This document shows positions 19,305 to 29,020 of a stretch of 46,625 nucleotides of DNA, one piece after another; the stretch's first letter is position 1; each line of letters starts with the position of its first letter. The notes under the pieces are model-generated. The model was given only the letters and a program-made list of their open reading frames with translations. It did no database searches and had not been told where the DNA came from. Both the position numbers and the translations under genes were made by a program. The DNA is from Candidatus Saccharimonadota bacterium. Its GTDB lineage: Bacteria; Patescibacteriota; Saccharimonadia; Saccharimonadales; Saccharimonadaceae. The stretch spans positions 1 to 46,625 of the forward strand of contig JABCOE020000020.1 in assembly GCA_013333795.2 (NCBI GenBank). The letters run 5' to 3'.

Positions 19305-19811
19305 ATGATGGGTGATGTAGAAAAAACACTAATTGTCTTTAAGCCGGATTCGGTGCAGCGGGGCTTAGTTGGGCGTATTTTGACTCGTTTCGAGCAGGTT
19401 GGACTGAAAATAGTCGCTACTAAAATGATTGCGCCCGACAAACAGCACTACTACCGCCACTACGAAGAAATTGGCAAAATGATCACTCGCCGCGGTAAAG
19501 AAAAGTTTGACGTTACGTTAGAAATGATGGTTCAGGGGCCGGTTATCGCGATGGTACTTGAGGGTGTTGAAGCGGTTGATCTGGTTCGCAAACTTGTCGG
19601 CGCGACAGAACCAAAGAGTGCTGCTCCTGGCACCATTCGCGGCGACTTTTCGCACATGAGCTTCCAATATGCTGATAGCGAAGGCAAGGGAGTGCCTAAT
19701 CTAATTCATGCTAGCGGTAACATCGAGGAAGCTGCAGAAGAAATATCGCATTGGTTTAGCGATGATGAGTTATATAGTTATCATCGAACTAGCGAGCGCT
19801 TTACTCGCTAG
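19305..19811 (+). CDS. ndk: Nucleoside-diphosphate kinase
   Basis: KPD, PGTIRGDF, NLIHAS. Confidence 0.96.
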   Translation: MMGDVEKTLIVFKPDSVQRGLVGRILTRFEQVGLKIVATKMIAPDKQHYYRHYEEIGKMITRRGKEKFDVTLEMMVQGPVIAMVLEGVEAVDLVRKLVGATEPKSAAPGTIRGDFSHMSFQYADSEGKGVPNLIHASGNIEEAAEEISHWFSDDELYSYHRTSERFTR

Positions 19812-19838
19812 TGCTTGCGATGTTACACTAATCCCAGG

Positions 19839-19915
19839 GCCCCGGTAGCTCAATTGGATAGAGCAGTTCCGTCCTAAGGAAATGGTTGTAGGTTCGACTC
19901 CTGTCCGGGGTACCA
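19839..19915 (+). tRNA. tRNA-Arg(CCT)
   Basis: Acceptor GCCCCGG/CCGGGGT, anticodon loop GT-CCT-AA, TTCGA T-loop, encoded CCA. Confidence 0.93.
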
Positions 19916-19925
19916 GGATATTACT

Positions 19926-20450
19926 ATGGCAGCAGAATTTGAAGGATTACACGCCGGCGAGAAAGTATTGCTAGTTTTTCGACGGCATATTATTGCTATG
20001 CGGTAGGGTTTTTATTCGCTGCTAATTCCGATGACCGTCGGTGCAATACCGTTCTTGATTTGGCAGACTAATCTTGATTTGCTATGGATATTTTTTGGCG
20101 GTTTTGTGCTTGGCTTAATCTTGTTTATTTATCACTTCTTGATGTGGTTTTATACTGTGTATGCGGTGACTAACGAGCGCATTCGCCAGATTACTCAGCG
20201 CGGCTTCTTTGGCCGGGATGTTGTAGAAATAAATCTAGATAAGGTCCAAAGTATAAGTTATAATATACCTGGGTTTAGCGGCGAAGTGTTCAAGTTTGGC
20301 ACCATCATCATGCGTACTTACGTTGGCGATCTGGTTATTCGGCTAGTCGAGCATCCTAGCAAGATATATAATGAGTTGCAAGATGCAGTTCACGAAGCCG
20401 AACTAAGGAGACAGAAAATATATGAAGAAAATAAAGTTGAAGCGAAGTAA
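19926..20450 (+). CDS. Membrane protein with bacterial PH domain; in-frame TAG at 20004-20006
   Basis: MAAEFEG...FRRHIIAMR*GFYSLLIPM is in frame with ORF 20031; YAVTNERI and KFGTII motifs typical of bPH_2 proteins. Confidence 0.75.
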
Positions 20451-21492
20451 AAAACAACCAGCTCCAGCGGCGAGCCGTATTACTAATGAGACTATCGCTG
20501 AGCATCGTGAACAGATTTTAGCTGGCGGCCGCAGGTTTAAATATCCGATTCAATACACCAAGCATAAGCTGATTATTAATACAGTACTTATTTCGATGGC
20601 CAGTATCATTCTGCTATTAGTTGGTTGCTGGGCGGTAATGTATCCGATGCAGAATACTAGCACTATAGCTTATCGAATTTCTCGCATTGCAATGTTACCA
20701 GTTGGCAGTGTTGACGGCGAGCCAGTCCGGTATAGCGATTATTTGGTGCAGTACCGAGCTTCTGAATATTACTTAAATAAATATGGTGAGGTTAAGGTCA
20801 ACTCCAAAGACTGGTATGTTCAGCTTGACGACATTAGATATCGTTCAATGAATCTAGCCCAACAAGCAGCTTACGCTCGCAAACTAGCTAGGCGCTATAA
20901 TGTTAGTATTTCGCGAAAAGATGTTAACGATTTTATTGACCAGGAACGCACAACAATTAACGGCCGCGTGTCGCAAGAAACATATGATGCGGCGATTCGT
21001 ATGCTTTATGGAGAGAGCGCCGATGACTATCGGCTAATTGTCGAAAACGGGCTGCTAAAAAATAAAGTCGCCTTTGCTATGGATACAACTGCAAAAGATC
21101 AGGCTGATAAAGCCTTATCTTTACTGAAGTCTAATGGTGACTTTGCCAAAACGGTTGAAACTATCAATAAACAATCGACCGAGGGCAAATTATCAGCTGG
21201 CAATAGCGGATCGGTTGATATTAGTAGTAAATTTAATGGACTTAGGGTTTCGGACATTTCGAAAACTCCAGTCGGCAGCTTATCTGGTATTACAAGGAGC
21301 ACTAATGACGATGGTTACTACATAGTAAAAGTTGTTGCGAAAACTGACAAGAAGATAACCTTTGAATATATTCATATACCGTTGACGGCTTTTAAGTCGC
21401 AATTTGAACAGCTAAAAAAGAGTGGTAAGATTAGCGAATATATAACCATTCCAGATAACAGCCAAACTGGCGGCGCAGTAGTTAACCAGTAG
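20422..21492 (+). CDS. SurA/PrsA-like membrane-anchored foldase
   Basis: Single TM, VGSVDGEPV SurA-N-like start, DFAK and GYYIVKV parvulin-like remnants. Confidence 0.65.
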   Translation: MKKIKLKRSKKQPAPAASRITNETIAEHREQILAGGRRFKYPIQYTKHKLIINTVLISMASIILLLVGCWAVMYPMQNTSTIAYRISRIAMLPVGSVDGEPVRYSDYLVQYRASEYYLNKYGEVKVNSKDWYVQLDDIRYRSMNLAQQAAYARKLARRYNVSISRKDVNDFIDQERTTINGRVSQETYDAAIRMLYGESADDYRLIVENGLLKNKVAFAMDTTAKDQADKALSLLKSNGDFAKTVETINKQSTEGKLSAGNSGSVDISSKFNGLRVSDISKTPVGSLSGITRSTNDDGYYIVKVVAKTDKKITFEYIHIPLTAFKSQFEQLKKSGKISEYITIPDNSQTGGAVVNQ

Positions 21493-21503
21493 GCGTTTTT
21501 CGC

Positions 21504-21532
21504 TTGCACATAACTAGGTAATGATATATAAT
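21504..21532 (+). promoter_or_regulatory. Promoter for tRNA-Asp
   Basis: TTGCAC-17-TATAAT. Confidence 0.7.
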
Positions 21533-21548
21533 GCACACTGAATAGTTT

Positions 21549-21626
21549 GCGCTCGTAGTGAAGCTGGTCTATCACGCCTCCCTGTCACGGAGGAGATCGC
21601 CGGTTCGAATCCGGTCGGGCGCGCCA
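21549..21626 (+). tRNA. tRNA-Asp(GTC)
   Basis: GCGCTCG/CGGGCGC acceptor, CCTCC-CT-GTC-AC-GGAGG anticodon arm, CCA. Confidence 0.96.
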
Positions 21627-21629
21627 TAG

Positions 21630-21656
21630 AAAGCGTCCCACGAAGTGGGGCTTTTT
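21630..21656 (+). terminator. Terminator after tRNA-Asp
   Basis: AAAGC..CCCAC-gaa-GTGGG-GCTTTTT. Confidence 0.65.
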
Positions 21657-21699
21657 CTATGGCAGGATTGTTTGGCTTTTGTTATAATATAGACGTATT

Positions 21700-21775
21700 G
21701 CCGTCTTAGCTCAGTTGGTAGAGCGGCGCATTCGTAACGCGCAGGTCGCCGGTTCAATCCCGGCAGACGGCTCCA
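21700..21775 (+). tRNA. tRNA-Thr(CGT)
   Basis: GCCGTCT/AGACGGC acceptor, TT-CGT-AA loop, discriminator T, CCA; own TGtTATAAT upstream. Confidence 0.95.
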
Positions 21776-21788
21776 TAGTTTATAAGTT

Positions 21789-22166
21789 ATGAAAAGCGAA
21801 ATCATTAAGTCGTTATTAGGTGTTCTCAAGAATAGGACTCTTGTTCTTTTTCTCGTGGCGATGCTAATTTTAGATATAGTTTGTTCGATTGCCGTGTCTA
21901 TGCAGATTACGCCCAGCGAGATTACGGTTTATTCGCGTTATACTGCTTTCGGGCAAGTACATTTTTACAAAGATCACTGGCAATATTTATTATTATTTTC
22001 TGGATTTTTCACGTTAGTAACTATCATCCACGGCGCGCTAATGATAAAGTTTTATCTATTGGAAAAAACAACAACTGCTAAGGCAATTGGATGGTGCGCG
22101 TTTGTTATTATGCTGATTGCTGCTATGTACGCTTTTGGCGTCCTATCTTTAGGACGGGCGGCATGA
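21789..22166 (+). CDS. Hypothetical 3-TM membrane protein
   Basis: Hydrophobic helices, RYTAFG motif; stop overlaps the next start (ATGA). Confidence 0.75.
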   Translation: MKSEIIKSLLGVLKNRTLVLFLVAMLILDIVCSIAVSMQITPSEITVYSRYTAFGQVHFYKDHWQYLLLFSGFFTLVTIIHGALMIKFYLLEKTTTAKAIGWCAFVIMLIAAMYAFGVLSLGRAA

Positions 22167-23851
22167 GTTGTCCAGACTTAGAAATTCCTCTTGGCAAAAG
22201 GTCGAAGCTTTATCGTTTTTTTGAGATGTTGCCAGCGTTAATAAGCTATGGCATGTTAATTTTGTTAGTAGTTTTATCAGTACTTAGTCCTTTTCTGGCA
22301 GCTATTTACTTATTGTTATTGGTGTTAACTACGTTTGTTAAGGCTATAGGCATTTCTTATAGAACTTTGCTGGGCCACCGGCAACTTGTTCGGGCCGAGA
22401 AAATTGATTGGAGTGCTCGACTTGATGATCTATCGCAGGCTGCCGCGGGCAAGTCGCCCGAAATTAAAATTAATAAAAAAGATTTTGAAGCCGATGTGCA
22501 TCAGCAAACTATTCTGTCTATCGAAAAAGGTGAGTTGCAGATCATAGATCCCAGAGATATTTATCATGCAGTACTAATTGCTGCTTATAACGAGTCTTAC
22601 GAAGTATTGAAGCCGACGGTAGAGTCAGTAAATAATACAACATATCCGAACGAGAGGTTGATTGTATATTTGGCTTACGAAGAACGCGGCGGCGAGCAGA
22701 TGGCAGAGACTGCCAGACGTCTTCGTGATGAATACGCTGGCGTATTTTGCGACTATCGGATTATTCAACACCCTAAAGATTTGCCGGACGAGATACCGGG
22801 CAAGGGTCCAAATATTACGTATGCAGGCTATGACCTCAAGCAGTGGTGCGACAATAAAAAGATTGAATATAACCAAGTAATCGTTACAACCCTTGATAGC
22901 GATAATCGGCCTTACTCAACCTATTTTGATTATGTGGCGTATAAATATGCTGTTACCCCTAACCGCGAAAGACTATCATATCAGCCGGTGGCCTTGTATT
23001 TTGGTAATATTTGGGATGCACCAGCGCCAATGCGGGTGCTAGCAACGGGCAATTCGTTTTGGACTATTATTGGTAGTATGCGGCCGCATGCTTTGCGTAA
23101 TTTTGCAGCTCATAGCCAGCCGCTTTCGGCGCTTGTGAGTATGGATTTCTGGAGTAAGCGCAGTATTGTTGAGGATGGGCATCAGTATTGGCGCAGTTAT
23201 TTTTACTTTAAAGGCGACTATAGTGTTATGCCAATCCATGTTCCTGTATATCAAGATGCCGTGTTATCAGATACATTTAAAGCAACACTTATCAGCCAGT
23301 TTAAGCAGTTGCGGCGCTGGGGGTATGGTGCTTCGGATATACCATATGTAGCGGTCAGATTATTTACGCGCCAGCGAACAGCTCCTTTTTGGGAAACACT
23401 GGCAAGATTCATACGACTAATTGATAACCATGTTAGCCTAGCTACAATGTCAATATTGGTTGCTTTTGGTGCGTGGGTGCCATTATTAACCAATCCCGAA
23501 GCTTCCAGAAATATTTCTGCGCATGCTCTGCCGCTAATAGTTAGCCACATTCAACAGGTAGCAGTTATCGGAATATTTATTACGATTTTACTGATGCTGA
23601 AGATGCTGCCTCCTCGTCCAGAACGTTATAAGCGTTCGCGAACCGTTTTTATGGTTTTGCAATGGTTTCTGATGCCTGTTACATCAATCTGTTATAGTTC
23701 TGCAGCATCAATGGCAGCGCAAACGCATTTGTTGTTGGGTAAATATCTTGAGAAATTTGATGTAACCGACAAGGCAACACTATCGTCGCGTGCTAAGACA
23801 AAGGCCAAGAAGGACGCTCTCAAGAAAGCTAGGCGTAAATCAAAATTATAA
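22163..23851 (+). CDS. Membrane GT2 glycosyltransferase (processive type)
   Basis: AYNE, GKG, DSD, ED and QLRRW (QxxRW) motifs with flanking TMs; start at ATG 22163. Confidence 0.9.
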   Translation: MSCPDLEIPLGKRSKLYRFFEMLPALISYGMLILLVVLSVLSPFLAAIYLLLLVLTTFVKAIGISYRTLLGHRQLVRAEKIDWSARLDDLSQAAAGKSPEIKINKKDFEADVHQQTILSIEKGELQIIDPRDIYHAVLIAAYNESYEVLKPTVESVNNTTYPNERLIVYLAYEERGGEQMAETARRLRDEYAGVFCDYRIIQHPKDLPDEIPGKGPNITYAGYDLKQWCDNKKIEYNQVIVTTLDSDNRPYSTYFDYVAYKYAVTPNRERLSYQPVALYFGNIWDAPAPMRVLATGNSFWTIIGSMRPHALRNFAAHSQPLSALVSMDFWSKRSIVEDGHQYWRSYFYFKGDYSVMPIHVPVYQDAVLSDTFKATLISQFKQLRRWGYGASDIPYVAVRLFTRQRTAPFWETLARFIRLIDNHVSLATMSILVAFGAWVPLLTNPEASRNISAHALPLIVSHIQQVAVIGIFITILLMLKMLPPRPERYKRSRTVFMVLQWFLMPVTSICYSSAASMAAQTHLLLGKYLEKFDVTDKATLSSRAKTKAKKDALKKARRKSKL

Positions 23852-24028
23852 AATTATCATTAAATTTTAAGCTAAATAAAAATGGGTGATGGGTGAGTTT
23901 ATATTAAAAACAAATTATTATAGTAAACGGAAAATTAATCTTTTAGCTGAGACTACCAACACTGATCGCGAGACACTGAGTTACTTTACGTGATTACAAT
24001 ACCAAGCGAAGCGGTTCAGTTTGTTGTG

Positions 24029-24118
24029 TTACTTGAGCTCGTAGTAAATGGTATAGCGGCTTAGCCGAGATTGCTTTTTATATGTTGTAGATTTTGTTTT
24101 AGTATGTTGTTTAGCCAT
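24029..24118 (-). CDS. Unannotated leaderless 29-aa basic peptide MAKQHTKTKSTTYKKQSRLSRYTIYYELK (or decayed gene)
   Basis: TTGACA(24153-24148)-17-TGcTAATAT, then 6 nt, then ATG 24118. Confidence 0.5.
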   Translation of the reverse strand: MAKQHTKTKSTTYKKQSRLSRYTIYYELK

Positions 24119-24262
24119 ACTTCTATATTAGCATAAGTAATATTTTTTGTCAAGTTAGATAATCTACGAAAATATATCACCAGACGCATAGAAATGTTGA
24201 TTAGACACCGAATAACGACGTGGAAAACTTTTAGTATTTGTGTATAAAATATTATGCAAAAT

Positions 24263-24293
24263 AAAAAACTTGCCGTCTAAATTACGGCAAGTT
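24263..24293 (-). terminator. Terminator for tRNA-Val
   Basis: AACTTGCCGT/ACGGCAAGTT stem with U-tract on the minus strand. Confidence 0.75.
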
Positions 24294-24305
24294 ACATGAC
24301 TGCTC

Positions 24306-24382
24306 TGGTGGGCAATAGAGGATTCGAACCTCTCACCTCTTCAACGTCAATGAAGCGCTCTAGCCAAATGAGCTAATCGCCC
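24306..24382 (-). tRNA. tRNA-Val(GAC)
   Basis: Reverse complement GGGCGAT...CTTCA-TT-GAC-GT-TGAAG...TTCGAAT...ATTGCCC-A-CCA. Confidence 0.95.
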
Positions 24383-24451
24383 AGCTGCACTTAATGGTAG
24401 CAGAAATCAATACGTATTGCAATATTACAGAATAGCCAGTAATATACTAAG

Positions 24452-24595
24452 TAGACGTTGATAGAGTCTAACCATCTCTTGAGTCTCGTGTTGGCGGTTG
24501 CGGCGCACGTAAAAAGTCGGAGCAAGAGTAATAGCCAAGGTGGAACCTCCCGTTTTTGGGACCGAGGCACGCGCGTAAAACGCTTGCGTGCTTTT
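24452..24595 (+). promoter_or_regulatory. T-box riboswitch (Thr specifier ACC, ultrashort Stem I, terminator platform)
   Basis: Promoter TTGCAA-17-TAATAT 24417-24445; K-turn stem with ACC 24471-24473 in the loop; AAGG-TGGAACC-TCCC antiterminator 24537-24567; overlapping terminator to 24595. Confidence 0.8.
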
Positions 24596-24620
24596 ATATT
24601 TTCTAAAAAGGAGGTTCATT

Positions 24621-26434
24621 ATGAACGAACAGCAATTACAATCAATGCGGCACAGTCTAGCGCATATTATGGCGCAGGCGGTGCAGCATTTATGGCCGCA
24701 GGCTAAATTCGGTGTTGGGCCAGCTATCGATAATGGTTTTTACTACGATATTGATCTTGGTGATGTAAAAATATCGGAGGATGATTTTAGCCGAATCGAG
24801 AAAGAAATGCGAAGTATTATTGCACGCGATCTGCCGTTTACTCGTCAAGATGTGCCGGTTGATGAGGCGATAACTTGGGCGAAAGAAAACGATCAGCCTT
24901 ACAAAATTGAATTGCTTAACGACTTGAAACGGTCAGGTACGACAATAGCGAAAGACCTAGCGGGCCAGAAGCTTGGTTCTGCCAGCGATGATGAAAGCAA
25001 GGTTGACACTGTATCATTGTACTCGCAGGGTGATTATACTGATTTATGTCGTGGCGGTCACGTTGAAAGCACTGGCAAGGTTGGAGCTTTCAAGTTAATG
25101 CGCGTTGCTGGCGCGTATTGGCGCGGTAATGAGAACAACCCGCAGATGCAGCGTTTGTACGGTGTCGCTTTTGCGACTCAAGCTGAACTGGAGGGTTACT
25201 TGGATATGCTAGAAGAGGCAAAGAAGCGCGACCATCGTAAGCTCGGCAAAGAACTCGATCTTTATACTATGTCACCGCTTGTTGGCATCGGTTTGCCGTT
25301 GTTTACGCCGCGCGGTACGGTTCTGCGCGAAAAGGCAGCGCAGTTATCGAACGAGCTGCGCCAAAAATACGGTTTCACGAAAGTTTGGACACCACATATC
25401 ACCAAGAAGGATTTATACGAAGCATCAGGACATTGGGCAAAATTTGGCGACGAACTTTTTTGGTAACTAGCCAAGAGACTAGCGACAAGATGGCGCTCAA
25501 GCCGATGAACTGTCCGCATCATACTCAGATTTTTGCCTCGCAGCCGCGTAGTTATCGCGAGATGCCGATACGTTATTTAGAAACAACGACCGACTACCGC
25601 GACGAGAAAACTGGTGAACTAGGCGGTTTGAGCCGCGTACGTTCGTTAACTCAGGACGACAGTCACGTCTTTTGCCGGCCCGACCAAATTGAACAAGAAA
25701 TTAATAATTTGCTAGCTTGCGCGCAAGAATTGTACGATATTGTTGATATGAAATTACGCGTGCGATTAAGTTACCGCGACGATGGCGAAGGCTATTTGGG
25801 TGAGTTAGAATTGTGGCAATCAGCCCAATCGCAACTCAAAGCTGCAGTTGTCGCTAAAGGTCTTGACTATTTTGAGCAGGAAGGCGAAGCAGCTTTCTAT
25901 GGGCCAAAAATAGACTTCATGGCGACCGATGCGATTGGACGAGAACATCAGGTTGCGACAGTGCAGTTAGCCTTTGTCCAGCCTGAACGTTTTGGTCTTG
26001 AATACATAAATGAGTCTGGCGATTCGGAGCGTCCAGTAATGATTCACAGTGCATTGCTTGGTTCAATTGAACGCTTTTTGAGCGTGTTCATTGAGCATAC
26101 AGCTGGCTGGTTTCCATTCTGGATTGCACCTGAACAGGTTCGTATTCTTACAGTCAATGATACGGTAAATGACTATGTTGATGAAATTACATCATTGCTA
26201 AAAACAGAGGTATTGATGCGTCCTATAAAATACAACGAAGTAAGATTCACAGCAGATACGCGTAATGAGTCGTTAGGCAAAAAAATCCGTGAGGCAACTG
26301 TTGTAAAAATTCCAGTACAAATTATAGTCGGTCCAAAGGATAAGGCTGCACGTGGCGTTAGTGTTCGTACTCGCGCGGGCGAGGAGCAAGTTTCTATTGA
26401 TCGACTAGCTGAATACATTCAGAGCATTCAATAA
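24621..26434 (+). CDS. thrS: Threonine--tRNA ligase, frameshifted at T6 run 25456-25461
   Basis: RHSLAH, DLCRGGH, RDHRKLG, KPMNCPHH, AFYGPKID, GSIERF. One extra T restores GAA CTT TTT TTG GTA (ELFLV). Confidence 0.96.
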
Positions 26435-27363
26435 TGAAAAAATTAGCTGCCGCTGTTGAGCGCGATAATAAATTACTAGCAGCAGCTGACGTAACAGATT
26501 TGCCGCTAGTCGTTATTGCTGGTCCGACTGCTAGCGGCAAAACTGAGCTAGCGATTCGGATCGCTAAAAAATTTAACGGTGAGGTCATCTCGGCTGACTC
26601 GCGAGCAATTTATCGCGGGCTCGATATCGGTACAGCTAAACCTACGTCTGAAGAACAACAGGGGATAGCGCATTGGGGTATTGATATAGTCGATCCAGGA
26701 GAGAGGTTTACAGCAGCGAATTTTAAGGTGTATGCTCAGCGAAAGATTAGCGAAATTCGTTCACGCGGGCATCTGCCGATTATAGCTGGCGGTACTGGTT
26801 TGTATATCGATAGCGTACTGTACGATTTTAAGTTTACGGCATATTCAAACAATCTTGATGAACGGTGTAAACTTGAGAATAAATCGTTAGAACAGCTTAT
26901 ATATCATTGCGAAAAAAACAACATTAAATTGCCGAAAAATATAAAAAACAAGCGACATATTATTAACGCTATTTTACGCAGGGGGGAATATCCTCTCAAA
27001 AATGATAAAATAATTAGCAATACTATACTAGTAGGTATAGCGACAGACAGAGACATCCTAAGAAGCAGAATTGAAGAGCGGGCAAAAAATATTGTAAGTA
27101 ATACAACAATAAATGAAGCTATACGAGCGGCAGAGAAGTGGGGCTGGTACAACGAGGCAATGACTGGGAATGTCTATCCGCTTATCAAACAATATCTAGA
27201 TGGCACAATTAACGAGATTGAACTTGAGCGAAAACTTTGCGTACTAGATTGGCGGTTGGCTAAGCGCCAGCTTACTTGGCTGAGGCGGAATAAAGATATT
27301 AAATGGTTTAGCATTGATGAAGCATGGACCTACATCGTGAACAATCTAGATAAGAGCTCTTAG
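26434..27363 (+). CDS. miaA: tRNA dimethylallyltransferase
   Basis: GPTASGKT, ISADSR, DIGTAKP, GGTGLY, AKRQLTW. Confidence 0.96.
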   Translation: MKKLAAAVERDNKLLAAADVTDLPLVVIAGPTASGKTELAIRIAKKFNGEVISADSRAIYRGLDIGTAKPTSEEQQGIAHWGIDIVDPGERFTAANFKVYAQRKISEIRSRGHLPIIAGGTGLYIDSVLYDFKFTAYSNNLDERCKLENKSLEQLIYHCEKNNIKLPKNIKNKRHIINAILRRGEYPLKNDKIISNTILVGIATDRDILRSRIEERAKNIVSNTTINEAIRAAEKWGWYNEAMTGNVYPLIKQYLDGTINEIELERKLCVLDWRLAKRQLTWLRRNKDIKWFSIDEAWTYIVNNLDKSS

Positions 27364-27395
27364 ATATGATACTCTTATACTAAAAGGTTTACGGT

Positions 27396-28007
27396 ATGAT
27401 TGACGCATTATTTGGTTCAAAAACGAGGGTAAAACTTCTGCATCTCTTTCTTAACAATCCTGGAAAGTCGTTTTATGTCCGCGAGATTACGCGGTTGATT
27501 GGCGAACAGATAAATTCTGTACGCAGAGAGCTATCTAATATGCTTGATGCTGGCGTGCTGCTGAGTAATACAAACGATAATAAACTATATTACGAGATTA
27601 ACCGCTCTTACATTCACTACAAACCGCTCAAAGAGATTTTTACTAATAATGATGTTAGCAAGCAAAAACCAAAAAGATTTTCAAAACAATCTGCTAGTAG
27701 CGAGACAGACGATTGGCGAATTGCTCTGGCGGCTTTGCCTAAAGCAAAAATTGTGATAGCAGCAGGTGTATTAGTTCGCGGTTCAGCGAGCAAGGTTGAT
27801 TTATTGATCGTCGGTAATGTCGAATCTAAACGTGTAGCGGATGTAGTAAATAAAATAGAAATAAAAGTTGGTAGGCAGCTAACGTTTAGTAGAATGCTGT
27901 ATGACGAATTCTATTATCGCTTGAGCGTGCATGATAGGTTCATTAATGATATATTATCAAGCAGACACGAAGTTGTAGTAGATAGTGAAAATATTCTGCA
28001 GCGATAG
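27396..28007 (+). CDS. Winged-helix DNA-binding protein with degenerate nucleotidyltransferase-like C-domain
   Basis: LFGSKTRVKLL..YVREITR..INSVRREL wHTH; AGVLVRG..KVDLLIVG. Confidence 0.7.
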   Translation: MIDALFGSKTRVKLLHLFLNNPGKSFYVREITRLIGEQINSVRRELSNMLDAGVLLSNTNDNKLYYEINRSYIHYKPLKEIFTNNDVSKQKPKRFSKQSASSETDDWRIALAALPKAKIVIAAGVLVRGSASKVDLLIVGNVESKRVADVVNKIEIKVGRQLTFSRMLYDEFYYRLSVHDRFINDILSSRHEVVVDSENILQR

Positions 28008-28027
28008 AAATGAAGGAGGAAAAAATA

Positions 28028-28666
28028 GTGTTTGACATAGAATACAAAGGCGGAAACACGATTGTACTTTCGGGTAAAAAGACTACTATTATTACAGATC
28101 CGAAATTGTCGTTGATCGGACTAAAAGATGCCAAAACTACCGGTTGCGTTGAACTTGCTACCGAGGATCGCTTCGCTGTTAAGGCGGATGGCGCAAAGCT
28201 CGTAGTTAATGGTCCTGGCGAATACGAAATAGGAGATTTTGTTATAAAAGGAATTGCTGCTGTTCGACATCTTGATAGCGGTAGCGATGAAAAACTAGAT
28301 ACAATTTATCGGGTAGAATGCGGTAATGTTGCTATAGGTGTTATTGGTAACATCGAACCAAAATTAAACGATGATCAATTAGAAAATCTTGGAGTGATAG
28401 ATATCCTAATAGTTCCAGTCGGTGGATCTGGCTATACGCTTGACGCCACGAGCGCTGTGGCTCTGGTCCGTACTATTAGCCCGAAGGTTGTCGTGCCGAT
28501 ACATTATGCTGATAGCGGTATATCTTACGAAGTGCCACAGGACTCGGCCGAAGTTTTTGTTAAAGAAATGGGTGCGCCTGTCGAAAATGTATCTAAACTA
28601 AAAGTAAAGAATGACTCCTCGCTACCAACGGTGTTAACGACGTATATATTGTCGCGAACGAGATAA
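28028..28666 (+). CDS. MBL-fold (lactamase B_3-like) protein
   Basis: ITDP, GPGEYEI, DILIVPVGG, VVPIHY; GTG 28028 after AAGGAGG; no canonical HxHxDH visible. Confidence 0.8.
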   Translation: MFDIEYKGGNTIVLSGKKTTIITDPKLSLIGLKDAKTTGCVELATEDRFAVKADGAKLVVNGPGEYEIGDFVIKGIAAVRHLDSGSDEKLDTIYRVECGNVAIGVIGNIEPKLNDDQLENLGVIDILIVPVGGSGYTLDATSAVALVRTISPKVVVPIHYADSGISYEVPQDSAEVFVKEMGAPVENVSKLKVKNDSSLPTVLTTYILSRTR

Positions 28667-28689
28667 TATAGTCTAAGGTTAAATAATAG

Positions 28690-28714
28690 AATCCCCCTGT
28701 CGTAGGGGGATTTT
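28690..28714. terminator. Terminator between convergent genes
   Basis: AATCCCCCT-gtcgt-AGGGGGATT-TT. Confidence 0.8.
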
Positions 28715-28724
28715 ACTTTGTGGC

Positions 28725-28925
28725 TTAGGCTGAAGCTATTATACCTTTTTTCTTGAGTGTGCGTATAGCTTTCGTTGAAAGTACCATGGTGATTTTTTTA
28801 CCACCAACAACTAAAGTCTTTCTTTGGAGGTTGGGTTTGAATACTCGCTTGTTGCGCTGCAGAGAGAAACTTACTTTGTTTCCGAACTGCTTGCCTTTGC
28901 CAGTCAGCTCACATCGTGCTGCCAT
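28725..28925 (-). CDS. rpmB: 50S ribosomal protein bL28
   Basis: MAARCELTGK..FGNKVSFS..KRVFKPNLQ..STKAIRTL. Confidence 0.95.
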   Translation of the reverse strand: MAARCELTGKGKQFGNKVSFSLQRNKRVFKPNLQRKTLVVGGKKITMVLSTKAIRTLKKKGIIASA

Positions 28926-29020
28926 TGTAGATTCCACTTCTTAATTACGGTTATTATCAATCTGTCCTAGTATACTCTGGTTTTGATTCTTCGTCAAGAG
29001 CTGGTACAATGATAGATTAG

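Noticed and set aside
25456..25461. Programmed frameshift or phase variation in thrS
   Set aside because: Essential gene, only a T6 run and no evident stimulatory structure; a homopolymer sequencing deletion is simpler
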